Position numbers and translations under genes: made by a program. Under the pieces are notes generated by a model. The model saw only the letters and a program-made list of their open reading frames with translations, was not told the origin of the DNA and made no database searches. A stretch of DNA of 64,000 nucleotides from Candidatus Latescibacterota bacterium (GTDB lineage Bacteria; Latescibacterota; UBA2968; UBA8231): the NCBI GenBank assembly GCA_965197905.1, contig CBDAOB010000003.1, positions 640,001 through 704,000 of the forward strand, read 5' to 3'. This document shows, one piece after another, positions 20,978 through 29,703 of this stretch; positions within the stretch are counted from its first letter, which is position 1; the number at the start of each line of letters is the position of its first letter.

Positions 20978-23125
20978 ATGGGAGACTGGAACGACGGACC
21001 GAGTGCGGACCGTGAGCGCCGCACCTTGCTGGTGGTGGATGACGAGGAGTCGATCCGCCTCATGCTCGAGGACATCCTCGGAGTTCGTTACCGCGTCCTG
21101 ACTGCCACCGACGGGCTGGACGCGTTGAAGGTGCTGGAAAGCGGTGAAGACCACATCGACCTTGTCATCACCGACCTGCGCATGCCCCGCATGGACGGCC
21201 ACGATCTCGCCACCACCCTGCTCAGCGATTATCCCCACCTGGGTATCTTCGTGATAACCGCCCACGGCACCATCGATACGGCGGTGGAGGCACTCCAGGG
21301 TGGGATTCACGACTACATCACCAAGCCGCTGCCGGCCAATTTCAGCGAGATCTACGCCAAGTGCGAGCGTTTTTTCCAGATGCGCGACCTGCGGACGGAG
21401 CAGGAAATGATGCAGCGCCAGCTTCTGGAGCTCTCCTATTTTCCGCGCTCCAACCCCCACCTGGTATGTCGCGCCTCGTTGATCGCAGACGATGTAATGT
21501 TGTTCCCCGCAAACGACCGCACGGCCGGCGTATTCGGCGACGCGGCGGGACTCGCAGAAGGAGAAGGTCCGTGCCGTCTGTCCCTGGGATCCCTGGCCGA
21601 ACTCTTTCCGGTGGATTTTGTCGACATCTTGAAGCGCATCGTCGGCACCGACGAGGTGGTTGAAATCGACGGCGTCCGATGGGGGGAGCGTTTTCTACAG
21701 CATACCTACACTCCCTTCGTTGACAACCGCAGCGACATCTTCATCGACCTCACGGACGTAACCGAACGCCGGCTGGCGGAGGCCTCGGTGCGACAGAGCG
21801 AAAAACGGTTCCGCAGCATTTTCGAGCAGTCGAACGACGCCATCTTCCTGCTGGATCCGACCAACGAAGAAATCCTGGATGTCAATCCGAAGGCCTGTCG
21901 TATCCTCGGCTATGCGCGCGAGGAGCTGTTAAAACTTCCAATCTCCGCGATCCATCCCAACGAGGTTCACCGGATGCAGGAATTCTGTGGCTCCGTTCTA
22001 AAGGACGGACAGGGATGGACGGAGGATTTGACCTGCACCACGATTCGCGGTCAGTCTCTTGCCGTGGAAATCTCCGCTTCGGCAGCCAATATCGCAGGTC
22101 GAAGTTGTATGATCGCCATGGTCCGCGACCAGACGGCCAAGGTGCGGACGAGCCAGGTTCTGGCGGACGAGGTCCAGGCGAACTACAACTACGAGGAGAT
22201 CATCGGTGATAGCGGCGCCCTGCGAGAGGTGCTGAACCAGGTTGGGCTGGTGGCATCGACCGATACCTCGGTTCTCATCCTCGGGGAGAGCGGTACGGGC
22301 AAGGAGCTGATCTGCCGCGCCCTCCACCATCAGAGTCCGCGAAGCGCCGAGCCGCTGATCAAGATGAACTGTGCCGCAATTCCCTCGGGATTGATCGAAA
22401 GCGAGTTGTTTGGCCACGAGAAGGGAGCCTTCAAGGGAGCCGTGGCTCAAAAACGCGGACGCTTCGAGCTGGCACACGAAGGCACCATTTTTCTCGACGA
22501 GATCGGCGACCTGCCCGTGGAGACCCAGCCGAAGCTCCTGCGTTTACTCCAGGACCAGGAGTTCGAGCGGGTTGGAGGCACGCGCACCATCGAAGTCAAC
22601 GTGCGGATCGTCGCCGCGACGCACCGGAATCTTGAGGAGATGGTTCGCGAGGGAGACTTTCGCGAAGATCTCTTTTACCGCCTGAACGTCTTTCCCATCC
22701 GCCTGCCTCCCCTGCGCGAGCGCCCAGAAGACATTCCGCTCCTGGCCGCTTATTTTGCCCAGAAAGCGTGTGCCGCGATGGGAAAATCGACCGGCAGGAT
22801 CAGTGACCAGGCGCTGCGTCGCTTGCAAGGCTATCCATGGCCGGGGAACGTGAGGGAATTGCAGAACATCATCGAGCGCGGAGTGATTCTCAGCCAGGGA
22901 ATGGATCTGGATGCGGAGCACATTCAGGTGAAGCCGGTGATTTCGGCCGCGGATAATGCCGGCATCCAGACTCTGCAAGAAATCGAGAAGAGTCACATCG
23001 TCAACGCATTGCGAGCCGCCAACGGCAAGGTGAGCGGCAAAGGAGGTGCGGCCGAGCTCCTGGGGCTCAAACCAACGACCCTGGGTTCGCGCATGAAAAA
23101 ACTGGGTATCAGCGCGGATTCCTGA
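20978..23125 (+). CDS. Sigma54-dependent enhancer-binding protein (REC-PAS-PAS-AAA+-HTH; NtrC/FhlA-like)
   Basis: REC with ITDLRMP, PAS domains, Walker A GESGTGKE, ESELFGHEKGAFKGA, FLDEIG, WPGNVREL and a C-terminal HTH. Confidence 0.95.
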   Translation: MGDWNDGPSADRERRTLLVVDDEESIRLMLEDILGVRYRVLTATDGLDALKVLESGEDHIDLVITDLRMPRMDGHDLATTLLSDYPHLGIFVITAHGTIDTAVEALQGGIHDYITKPLPANFSEIYAKCERFFQMRDLRTEQEMMQRQLLELSYFPRSNPHLVCRASLIADDVMLFPANDRTAGVFGDAAGLAEGEGPCRLSLGSLAELFPVDFVDILKRIVGTDEVVEIDGVRWGERFLQHTYTPFVDNRSDIFIDLTDVTERRLAEASVRQSEKRFRSIFEQSNDAIFLLDPTNEEILDVNPKACRILGYAREELLKLPISAIHPNEVHRMQEFCGSVLKDGQGWTEDLTCTTIRGQSLAVEISASAANIAGRSCMIAMVRDQTAKVRTSQVLADEVQANYNYEEIIGDSGALREVLNQVGLVASTDTSVLILGESGTGKELICRALHHQSPRSAEPLIKMNCAAIPSGLIESELFGHEKGAFKGAVAQKRGRFELAHEGTIFLDEIGDLPVETQPKLLRLLQDQEFERVGGTRTIEVNVRIVAATHRNLEEMVREGDFREDLFYRLNVFPIRLPPLRERPEDIPLLAAYFAQKACAAMGKSTGRISDQALRRLQGYPWPGNVRELQNIIERGVILSQGMDLDAEHIQVKPVISAADNAGIQTLQEIEKSHIVNALRAANGKVSGKGGAAELLGLKPTTLGSRMKKLGISADS

Positions 23126-23143
23126 TCCCCATTCCGGCAACAA

Positions 23144-23325
23144 CCATTTTCGTCTTCGAAACACGTCCAGGCACTTCCGAAATATCGCGACTTCCCGAAA
23201 TACCGTAACTATCGCGCTTTGAGCAGAAACGGTTAGTCGGCTCCTGTTCTCGCTCTTAATAGTTGTTATTACACGATTTAAGTAGAACAGATTCGTTCGG
23301 CTACGTCACTGGCACGTTTGTTGTT
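23144..23325 (+). promoter_or_regulatory. Putative sigma54 promoter with upstream activator repeats
   Basis: TGGCAC-GTTTG-TTGT at 23310-23324 has correct -24/-12 spacing, with GT in place of GC. AT-rich IHF-like tract near 23256-23281. Direct repeats CGAAATATCG (23178) and CGAAATACCG (23196). Confidence 0.55.
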
Positions 23326-23372
23326 ATCGGAGTGCCAGGAAGTATCGAGCAGAAACTGATCTGGAGGTAGTC

Positions 23373-24020
23373 ATGACTCTTGCCACCACAGCTAGCATGA
23401 CCGCGCCGGTCGCGCTGCCATCGGCCCCCGGTTTCGTCGAGGAAGAGCAGCTGATCGAAAACACTCGGACAGGCGATTTACGGGCGTTCGAGCTGCTGGT
23501 GGAGCGCTATCAACCGCGCGTGAATCGTGTAACCATGTCGGTGCTGAAAAATACCGCCGACGCGGAGGAGGTGGCTCAGGATGTATTTCTGACCGTCTTG
23601 GGCAAGATCGAACACTTTCGCGGCGATTCCAGTTTCTGGACCTGGGTTCACCGGATCGCGGTCAACTCCGCGTTGATGCGTCGGCGACGCTTGAAAACCA
23701 ATACCCACATGTCGTTGGAGGAAGTCATGCCTTCCTTCGACGAGCGAGGTTACATAAAGGGGAGTGTCGTCGACGGGTCGCACGGCGCACGCGACTCCGC
23801 GATCCAGGAGGAAGAACGGGTGCGCATCAAAGAGGCGGTTTCGCGCCTCGAGTACAAATACCGGATCGTGTTCGTGCTGCGGCAACTTGAGGATTTGTCC
23901 ACCGAAGAAACAGCTCGGATATTGGGTCTGACGACGGCAGCCGTAAAATCCAGGTTGCACCGGGCACGCCTCTTTCTGAGGTCCGACCTCGCCGATTACT
24001 TCGCTGAATACCTCAACTAG
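23373..24020 (+). CDS. ECF-type sigma-70 family RNA polymerase sigma factor
   Basis: GDLRAFELLVERYQ, DAEEVAQDVF, FWTWVHRIAVN, and region 4 with VKSRLHRAR. RBS ggagg. Confidence 0.95.
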   Translation: MTLATTASMTAPVALPSAPGFVEEEQLIENTRTGDLRAFELLVERYQPRVNRVTMSVLKNTADAEEVAQDVFLTVLGKIEHFRGDSSFWTWVHRIAVNSALMRRRRLKTNTHMSLEEVMPSFDERGYIKGSVVDGSHGARDSAIQEEERVRIKEAVSRLEYKYRIVFVLRQLEDLSTEETARILGLTTAAVKSRLHRARLFLRSDLADYFAEYLN

Positions 24021-24033
24021 CGCCGCCCCAAAT

Positions 24034-24080
24034 AAAAAGAAACCCCCCGATCGCCGGAGCGTTCGGGGGGTTCTTTCGTT
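24034..24080. terminator. Bidirectional intrinsic terminator
   Basis: Stem aaccccccga / tcggggggtt flanked by A-rich and T-rich tracts, between convergent genes. Confidence 0.8.
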
Positions 24081-24095
24081 CGCCTCAGCCCTGCG

Positions 24096-25427
24096 TCACA
24101 TACACTGTTCCACCATGGCTTTGATTTCACCCACGGCCGCGGCGGCCAGCTCGTTCTTCAGCACTTCGACATCAGCCGATTCCATGTTGAGCTTTTTCAG
24201 CACTTGCCGATGGTATTTTCCGCTGTCGCCCGGAAGGTAGCCCAGGCCAAGATCTTTGCACAGGTTGTTGGCCATATGAATCAGGCAGGCCAGATCGCTC
24301 GGATCATCCCCCAGTCCATGATGGCTGCCAAGAACGCTTGAGAGCTCTTCGCCCAGATTGGTGTAGGTAGCCAGCAGTCGCCCCACCTGCTCATGGCTGG
24401 CCAGATCACCCAGCTTTGCCTCCGCCTGACGAAAGGAGCTGCTGTCCTTTTCCACATGCTGCAGAACCCGCTCGAACCATTCCCAGAAGAAGAAGCCGAG
24501 CACCAATTTCCCGATATCGTGCAGCAGGGACCCGATCCAGTATTCGTTGAATTCGATCGCGCCCTTCAAAGACAGCTTCTTTTCCATGTAGAGCTGGTCG
24601 GCAATGATGGCGGTTCCCACCGAGTGTTCCCAGAATCTGCGCAGATCGAAGTCGCTCTCCTGGGGTTTGACCAGGCTGTTGATCATCTTTATCTGCTGAG
24701 CGATCGCTCCCACCTTCTTGAGTCCCAGGCGAACGATGATCTCGCTCATGGTCCAGCTGCTCTGGCGGCCCGTGGCGGAGAACACCGGCGACTTGATCAC
24801 CTGGAGCAGTTTCATGACAATGGCCGGGTCGGTGCAAAGAAGCTGCTCCAGCTGTTCCGTCGTTGTATTGGGGTCGTTCACCAGGCGCATGATGCGCATG
24901 ACGATCTCGGGTAAGGTGGGCAGCGTGTTCAGGCTCTTTAGGCGGCGCTCTACCTTGAGCTGGAACGCTTCGTAGGGCACCTTCTCTACGTCTTCGAACA
25001 GGTCGCCGATGCCGTTCTGAACCAGCGCTTGGGCGGCGACGTTTTGCAGCGCTTCGTCGGAGTGGCTGAAGGCGCGCTCCCAGGCGCAGAAGTAGACATT
25101 GCTCATGTCGGCGCAAATCTCCTGCTGGCGGCCGACATTCTTACCGGGCATAACCATGAGTACCGGAATCTCACTACCTTGCCCAAGGTCAGCTATCCGG
25201 GGACCATCCTTTATCTCGTGGTTTTGCACGACGAAAACGCACTGAACGCTCTTGTCCACATCGCGCATGATAGCCGCGCCCCGGTCCAGATCCTGCGCTA
25301 CCATGATCGACATCCCGTACTGATAGTTCAGCATCAGGTTCAGCGATTTGGCCAAAACCTGTTGCGGTTTGCCGTCCTGCTGGACGATCAGTCCGTACTC
25401 CACTCCCCCCGCATTGTCAGCTACCAT
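24096..25427 (-). CDS. HDOD domain protein with N-terminal degenerate receiver-like domain
   Basis: Motifs LPTLPEIV, DPAIVMKLLQ, FWEHS, LLHDIGKLV and HH. Confidence 0.9.
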   Translation of the reverse strand: MVADNAGGVEYGLIVQQDGKPQQVLAKSLNLMLNYQYGMSIMVAQDLDRGAAIMRDVDKSVQCVFVVQNHEIKDGPRIADLGQGSEIPVLMVMPGKNVGRQQEICADMSNVYFCAWERAFSHSDEALQNVAAQALVQNGIGDLFEDVEKVPYEAFQLKVERRLKSLNTLPTLPEIVMRIMRLVNDPNTTTEQLEQLLCTDPAIVMKLLQVIKSPVFSATGRQSSWTMSEIIVRLGLKKVGAIAQQIKMINSLVKPQESDFDLRRFWEHSVGTAIIADQLYMEKKLSLKGAIEFNEYWIGSLLHDIGKLVLGFFFWEWFERVLQHVEKDSSSFRQAEAKLGDLASHEQVGRLLATYTNLGEELSSVLGSHHGLGDDPSDLACLIHMANNLCKDLGLGYLPGDSGKYHRQVLKKLNMESADVEVLKNELAAAAVGEIKAMVEQCM

Positions 25428-25606
25428 CAGCTCTCTTTCAAATGGTGTAAATTTTCAGGATAGCATCGGCTCGCGGTCAATAATAAAACACGAAAGTACT
25501 CTCGTATCAATTCCCTGTTCGATCCTGTGCTTGTAGGTGATCCAGCAGCCGACTATCTTGGAGTGCGGCGCTTCCAGATGCTCATTTAATCTGTCGAATC
25601 TGAATA

Positions 25607-26899
25607 ATGTCCCCCCGCATACTGCTGATAAATCCACCGATCTACGATTTTACGGCGTACGACTTTTGGCTCAAGCCGTACGGGCTTTTGCGGGTTGCCG
25701 GTCAGCTACGTCACGAGGCCGATCTGGTTCTCTTCGACTTCCTGGACCGGTTGCATCCCGCGGTTGCGCCCGATCTCCAAAAGGACCGTTGGGGCAGGGG
25801 CCGGTTCGTTGCCGCCGAGATCGAGAAACCACCGGTCCTGGAAACGATTGCGCGTCGCTACTACCGCTTTGGCCTGCCTCGGTCCCATCTACGAAACCTG
25901 CTGGCATCGAGCGGCCCTTTCGACGTTGCCCTGATTCAAACGGTTATGACCTACTGGTATCCGGGCGTTGCCGAGGTCATCGAAGAGTTGCGCCGTTTCA
26001 GTCCGAAAACACTTATCGTCCTGGGCGGCAACTACGCCACGTTGTGCCCTGAGCACGCCGCCGGCCTCGGCGCCGATCTGGTAGTAGAAGGCGACGATCT
26101 GGATCCGCTGGCCCAGCTCCTCGAATTAGATCTTAAGAGCAAAGCACTCCCGTACTGGGAGGGTTATGACAGGTTGGAAACGGGGGTCTTGAGGCTTACC
26201 GAGGGCTGCCCTTTCCGGTGCACCTACTGTTCGGTGCCTCAAGTTCAGCCTCAGTTTCGCGGCCGGCTCGAAGCGGCGCTGGCGGAGTTCGACCAACTGG
26301 TGCGCCGCGGTGTCCACCGCATCGCCTTCTACGACGACGCCTTACTCTTTCGGCAAGACCAGTTGCTGCTTCCGTTCCTGGAAGCGGTCGCAGGTTGCAA
26401 CTCGGGTATCGAGCTGCACACCCCCAATGCGCTGAATGCCCGCTTCGTCACCCAGGAAGTCGCCCGGACAATGGTTGGTGCTGGTTTCGGTTCGTTCTAT
26501 CTCGGCTTCGAGAGCAGCTCCTACCAGTGGCAACGAAAGACCGGATCGAAGGTGTATTCCTCAGAGCTGGCGGACGCCGTCGACCGCCTGTTGCGGACGG
26601 GAGCAAACCCCGACCAGATTACCGCATATCTGATCATTGCACACCCGGCCGGCGATCAGCAGCAAGTGGAGGAATCGATGCAGTTTGCCCGGGAAATCGG
26701 CATTCGGGTTATGCTGTCGGAGTTTTCCCCGCTGCCGGGAACTCCAGATGGGGAAACGTGCCGTCAGTGGGTCGATCTGGATGAGCCTTTATGGCACAAC
26801 AAGACGGCGTTTCCGCTGGTGTTTCTAGGTCGGGAAGAGGTGAATCGGTTGAAGAGGTTGGCGCGGCAGCTTAACCAGACCCTGGTGCCGGCGGCTTGA
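25607..26899 (+). CDS. B12-binding domain radical SAM protein
   Basis: ILLINPPIYDF...KPYGLL and LGGNYATL in the N-terminal domain. GCPFRCTYC (CxxxCxxC) and FYDDAL. Confidence 0.9.
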   Translation: MSPRILLINPPIYDFTAYDFWLKPYGLLRVAGQLRHEADLVLFDFLDRLHPAVAPDLQKDRWGRGRFVAAEIEKPPVLETIARRYYRFGLPRSHLRNLLASSGPFDVALIQTVMTYWYPGVAEVIEELRRFSPKTLIVLGGNYATLCPEHAAGLGADLVVEGDDLDPLAQLLELDLKSKALPYWEGYDRLETGVLRLTEGCPFRCTYCSVPQVQPQFRGRLEAALAEFDQLVRRGVHRIAFYDDALLFRQDQLLLPFLEAVAGCNSGIELHTPNALNARFVTQEVARTMVGAGFGSFYLGFESSSYQWQRKTGSKVYSSELADAVDRLLRTGANPDQITAYLIIAHPAGDQQQVEESMQFAREIGIRVMLSEFSPLPGTPDGETCRQWVDLDEPLWHNKTAFPLVFLGREEVNRLKRLARQLNQTLVPAA

Positions 26900-26918
26900 G
26901 CCCCTGTTGAACGGTGCA

Positions 26919-27641
26919 CTATATGAGGGTTTCGGCGTCGTCTTCGGGTGCATAACCCAAAAGATCACGGGCATTCTGAATGTCCCAATAGGCCCGTTTG
27001 TTGCCGGAGATACCGTAGAAGATGCCGAAATTCAGCTCCACCTCGATGCTGCGCCATACCAGCTGCACGCAGTCGCGATAACTCAACCAGGTAGAGAGAA
27101 AGCGGTCGCTGGGTCTGTTGCGTATGAAATCCTCCTGCTGAAAGGAGCCGATCCGCAAACATATGACCTCGAGCCCGAACCGGTCGACATAGTAGCGGCC
27201 CAGATCCTCGCCGAACGCCTTGCTCGCCCCGTAGTAGCTGTCCGGCCGCGCCGGCATCTCCGAGGTGGTAAACACCCCTTCCTCCTCATAGATCCCGGAT
27301 ACGTGGTTGGTGCTGGCGAAAACGATCCGTTTGACCGCGCGGCGGCGCGCTGCCTCGTAGAGGCAGTATACGCCCTGGATATTCGCTTCCATCACCGATT
27401 CCCAGCTGGCCTCCACCTCCGGCTCCCCCGCCAGATGCACGATGGCGTCGACGCCATCCACCACCTCCTCCATGTGGGGAAGGTCGGTGATGCTGCCGAC
27501 GAACACTTCCTCGCTGCCGTCGGTAACGGGCACGTTTCTGTGATACATCAACCGAAGGTCGTAACGATCACGCAGACCTTCGTGCACGGCGACCCCGATC
27601 TTTCCGGCGGCACCGGTGATCAAAACCTTCTTACCCGCCAT
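26919..27641 (-). CDS. NAD-dependent epimerase/dehydratase, uronate dehydrogenase-like
   Basis: Motifs ITGAAGKIG, FASTNH, YGASK, LRIGSF and WLSYRD. Confidence 0.88.
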   Translation of the reverse strand: MAGKKVLITGAAGKIGVAVHEGLRDRYDLRLMYHRNVPVTDGSEEVFVGSITDLPHMEEVVDGVDAIVHLAGEPEVEASWESVMEANIQGVYCLYEAARRRAVKRIVFASTNHVSGIYEEEGVFTTSEMPARPDSYYGASKAFGEDLGRYYVDRFGLEVICLRIGSFQQEDFIRNRPSDRFLSTWLSYRDCVQLVWRSIEVELNFGIFYGISGNKRAYWDIQNARDLLGYAPEDDAETLI

Positions 27642-27777
27642 CGAAATCCCGGGCGGCGATCAGGCTCCAGAGCAGTCCCACAACGATCACTGTGCCGAAG
27701 GCGAGACCCACGAACCACAGAAGCCGCCGCACCCGGCGCAGACGCTTGCGGCGCCATGGCTTGGGAATGCCGCCCAT
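27631..27777 (-). CDS. Putative small membrane protein (48 aa)
   Basis: From ATG 27777: a basic stretch (WRRKRLRRVRR) then one TM helix. Lies between co-oriented genes. Confidence 0.45.
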   Translation of the reverse strand: MGGIPKPWRRKRLRRVRRLLWFVGLAFGTVIVVGLLWSLIAARDFDGG

Positions 27778-27845
27778 CACATGCGCTAGTCGTCCGTTCA
27801 CGTGAACCTGCTTGAAGGCTGTTGCGACCCCCATTTTGTCTCTCC

Positions 27846-28493
27846 TTATCGAGAAGCCCAGCGAATGCCGCGGCGTTGGATCTCGGTTACCTCGAACTGA
27901 TCGAACTCGCTCGCCTTGTGACCCAGCGAGGAATAGAACACTCTTCCCTCGCCCCAGTGCCGCTTCCAGATCACCGGCATCACGGTGCCATTGACCCAGG
28001 GATTGCTCTCTGTTTGAAAGGTGGTAGTTGCCAGCACTTCGTTGCCCGGATCCGTGTGCATGTAATACTGCTCCGAGCGCACCGAAAAATCCGCGATTCC
28101 CTCAATGATCGGATCGTCGGTAGCAACCATGTTGACTTCGTAATCTTTGATGCCGTCCGGATGGTCCATGAACTGCCCTCCCACCATGTACTGGTATCCC
28201 AGGTGCTCGCGGAAGGCGTCGGCCATGCCCCCGTGCCAGCCGGCAAGACCAACTCCTGCCGCCACCGCCCTGCTCAGCCCTTCGAACTGATCGGCATCGA
28301 TGACACCCATGGTCCAGATCGGCGTGATAACACTTAGATTCGCCAGCAACGCCGCGTCTTTGAAGATGTCCAAGCTGTCGGCGACGGTGACCTCGAACTC
28401 CTCCTCGACCAGTATCCGCGCCCACAGCTCGGCGCATTCCTTCGGCTCGTGTCCCTCCCAGCCTCCCTGTACGATCAACGCCTTCTTCGACAT
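27846..28493 (-). CDS. ThuA-like (class I glutamine amidotransferase fold) protein
   Basis: MSKKALIVQGGWEGHEP, GWHGG, EQYY and GRVFYSSLGH. Alternative start at 28514. Confidence 0.9.
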   Translation of the reverse strand: MSKKALIVQGGWEGHEPKECAELWARILVEEEFEVTVADSLDIFKDAALLANLSVITPIWTMGVIDADQFEGLSRAVAAGVGLAGWHGGMADAFREHLGYQYMVGGQFMDHPDGIKDYEVNMVATDDPIIEGIADFSVRSEQYYMHTDPGNEVLATTTFQTESNPWVNGTVMPVIWKRHWGEGRVFYSSLGHKASEFDQFEVTEIQRRGIRWASR

Positions 28494-28521
28494 CTGCACC
28501 CCAATTTCTGCCATTTGGTGT

Positions 28522-28550
28522 AGTATCTGTTCAGGTCAAATTCCTGTCAA
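28522..28550 (-). promoter_or_regulatory. Sigma70-type promoter
   Basis: Minus strand TTGACA (28550-45), N17, GATACT (28527-22). Confidence 0.5.
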
Positions 28551-28624
28551 ACGGATGTTGCCTCTGCCGAAGCAGATGGTATTATTGCACCCTGGAGACA
28601 CTAAAATGACAAGCGAGGAACGAC

Positions 28625-29701
28625 ATGGCTGCGTCAGATAAAAAAGCGCGACTGGGATTTATAGGTGCTGGATGGTGGGCAACCGCCAATCACATGCCCG
28701 TGCTCTCCGAGAGGGACGACGTGGAATTCGCCGGCGTCTGCCGCCTCGGAAAAGAGGAGCTGGCGCGGGTCAAAGAGAGATTTGGCTTTACCTATGCCAC
28801 CGAGGATTACCTCGATCTGCTCGACAACTGCGAGTTGGATGGGGTGATCGTCGCTTCGCCCCACACGAAACATGCCGAGCACGCCAGCGCCGCCCTCGAA
28901 CGAGGTTTGCACGTGATGTGCGAGAAACCGATGACCATCCATGCCGCGGACGCCCGCCAACTGGTCGCGACCGCCGCAGACAATGGATTGCATCTGATTA
29001 TACCCTATGGCTGGCACTACAAACCTTTTATACAACAGGCCAAACAACTGATAGACGATGGACGACTGGGGCCGATCGAGTACGTCCTGTGCCACATGGC
29101 ATCGCCGATCCGCAGCTTGCTGGACGGCCGCGGCATGATGGTGCCGGACGGCGGCGGTCAATCGGGAGAGACCCTGTTTGAGCCGACCACCGCAACCTGG
29201 GCTGACCCCAAGGAGGCGGTGGGCGGCTACGGGTACGCACAGCTACCTCACTCGCTTGGCATGTTGTTCTGGCTCACCGGCCTGGAGGCTAAGAGCGTGT
29301 TCAGTCTGATGACGGCCCCAGAATCACAGGTGGATCTCTACGACGCCATTACGGTGCGCTTCACCAACGGCGCCATCGGTACCGTAAGCGGCGCCGCCAA
29401 CGTGCCGTTCGACCGCCCTTTCCATGTGGACCTGCGTCTCTTTGGACCGGAAGGCATGCTGCTGTTGGACTGCGAGCGGGCGCGCCTCGAGCTGCGGCGC
29501 TACGACGGTGACCATGTGGTTGCGGATGTGGATCCAGACTCGGGAGGGTACGAATGCACCGGTCCACTCTACAATTTCGTGGATCTGATTCTTGGCAAGA
29601 CGAAGGAGAATTTCGCCCCCGGCCTGGCCGGTATGCGCGCCATTGAACTGGTAGATGCTGCGTACCGTTCGAACGCATCAGGGGTTGAGGAAAACGTATA
29701 A
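28625..29701 (+). CDS. Gfo/Idh/MocA family oxidoreductase
   Basis: Motifs GFIGAGWW, ASPHxxH and MCEKPM. Confidence 0.92.
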   Translation: MAASDKKARLGFIGAGWWATANHMPVLSERDDVEFAGVCRLGKEELARVKERFGFTYATEDYLDLLDNCELDGVIVASPHTKHAEHASAALERGLHVMCEKPMTIHAADARQLVATAADNGLHLIIPYGWHYKPFIQQAKQLIDDGRLGPIEYVLCHMASPIRSLLDGRGMMVPDGGGQSGETLFEPTTATWADPKEAVGGYGYAQLPHSLGMLFWLTGLEAKSVFSLMTAPESQVDLYDAITVRFTNGAIGTVSGAANVPFDRPFHVDLRLFGPEGMLLLDCERARLELRRYDGDHVVADVDPDSGGYECTGPLYNFVDLILGKTKENFAPGLAGMRAIELVDAAYRSNASGVEENV

Positions 29702-29703
29702 CC

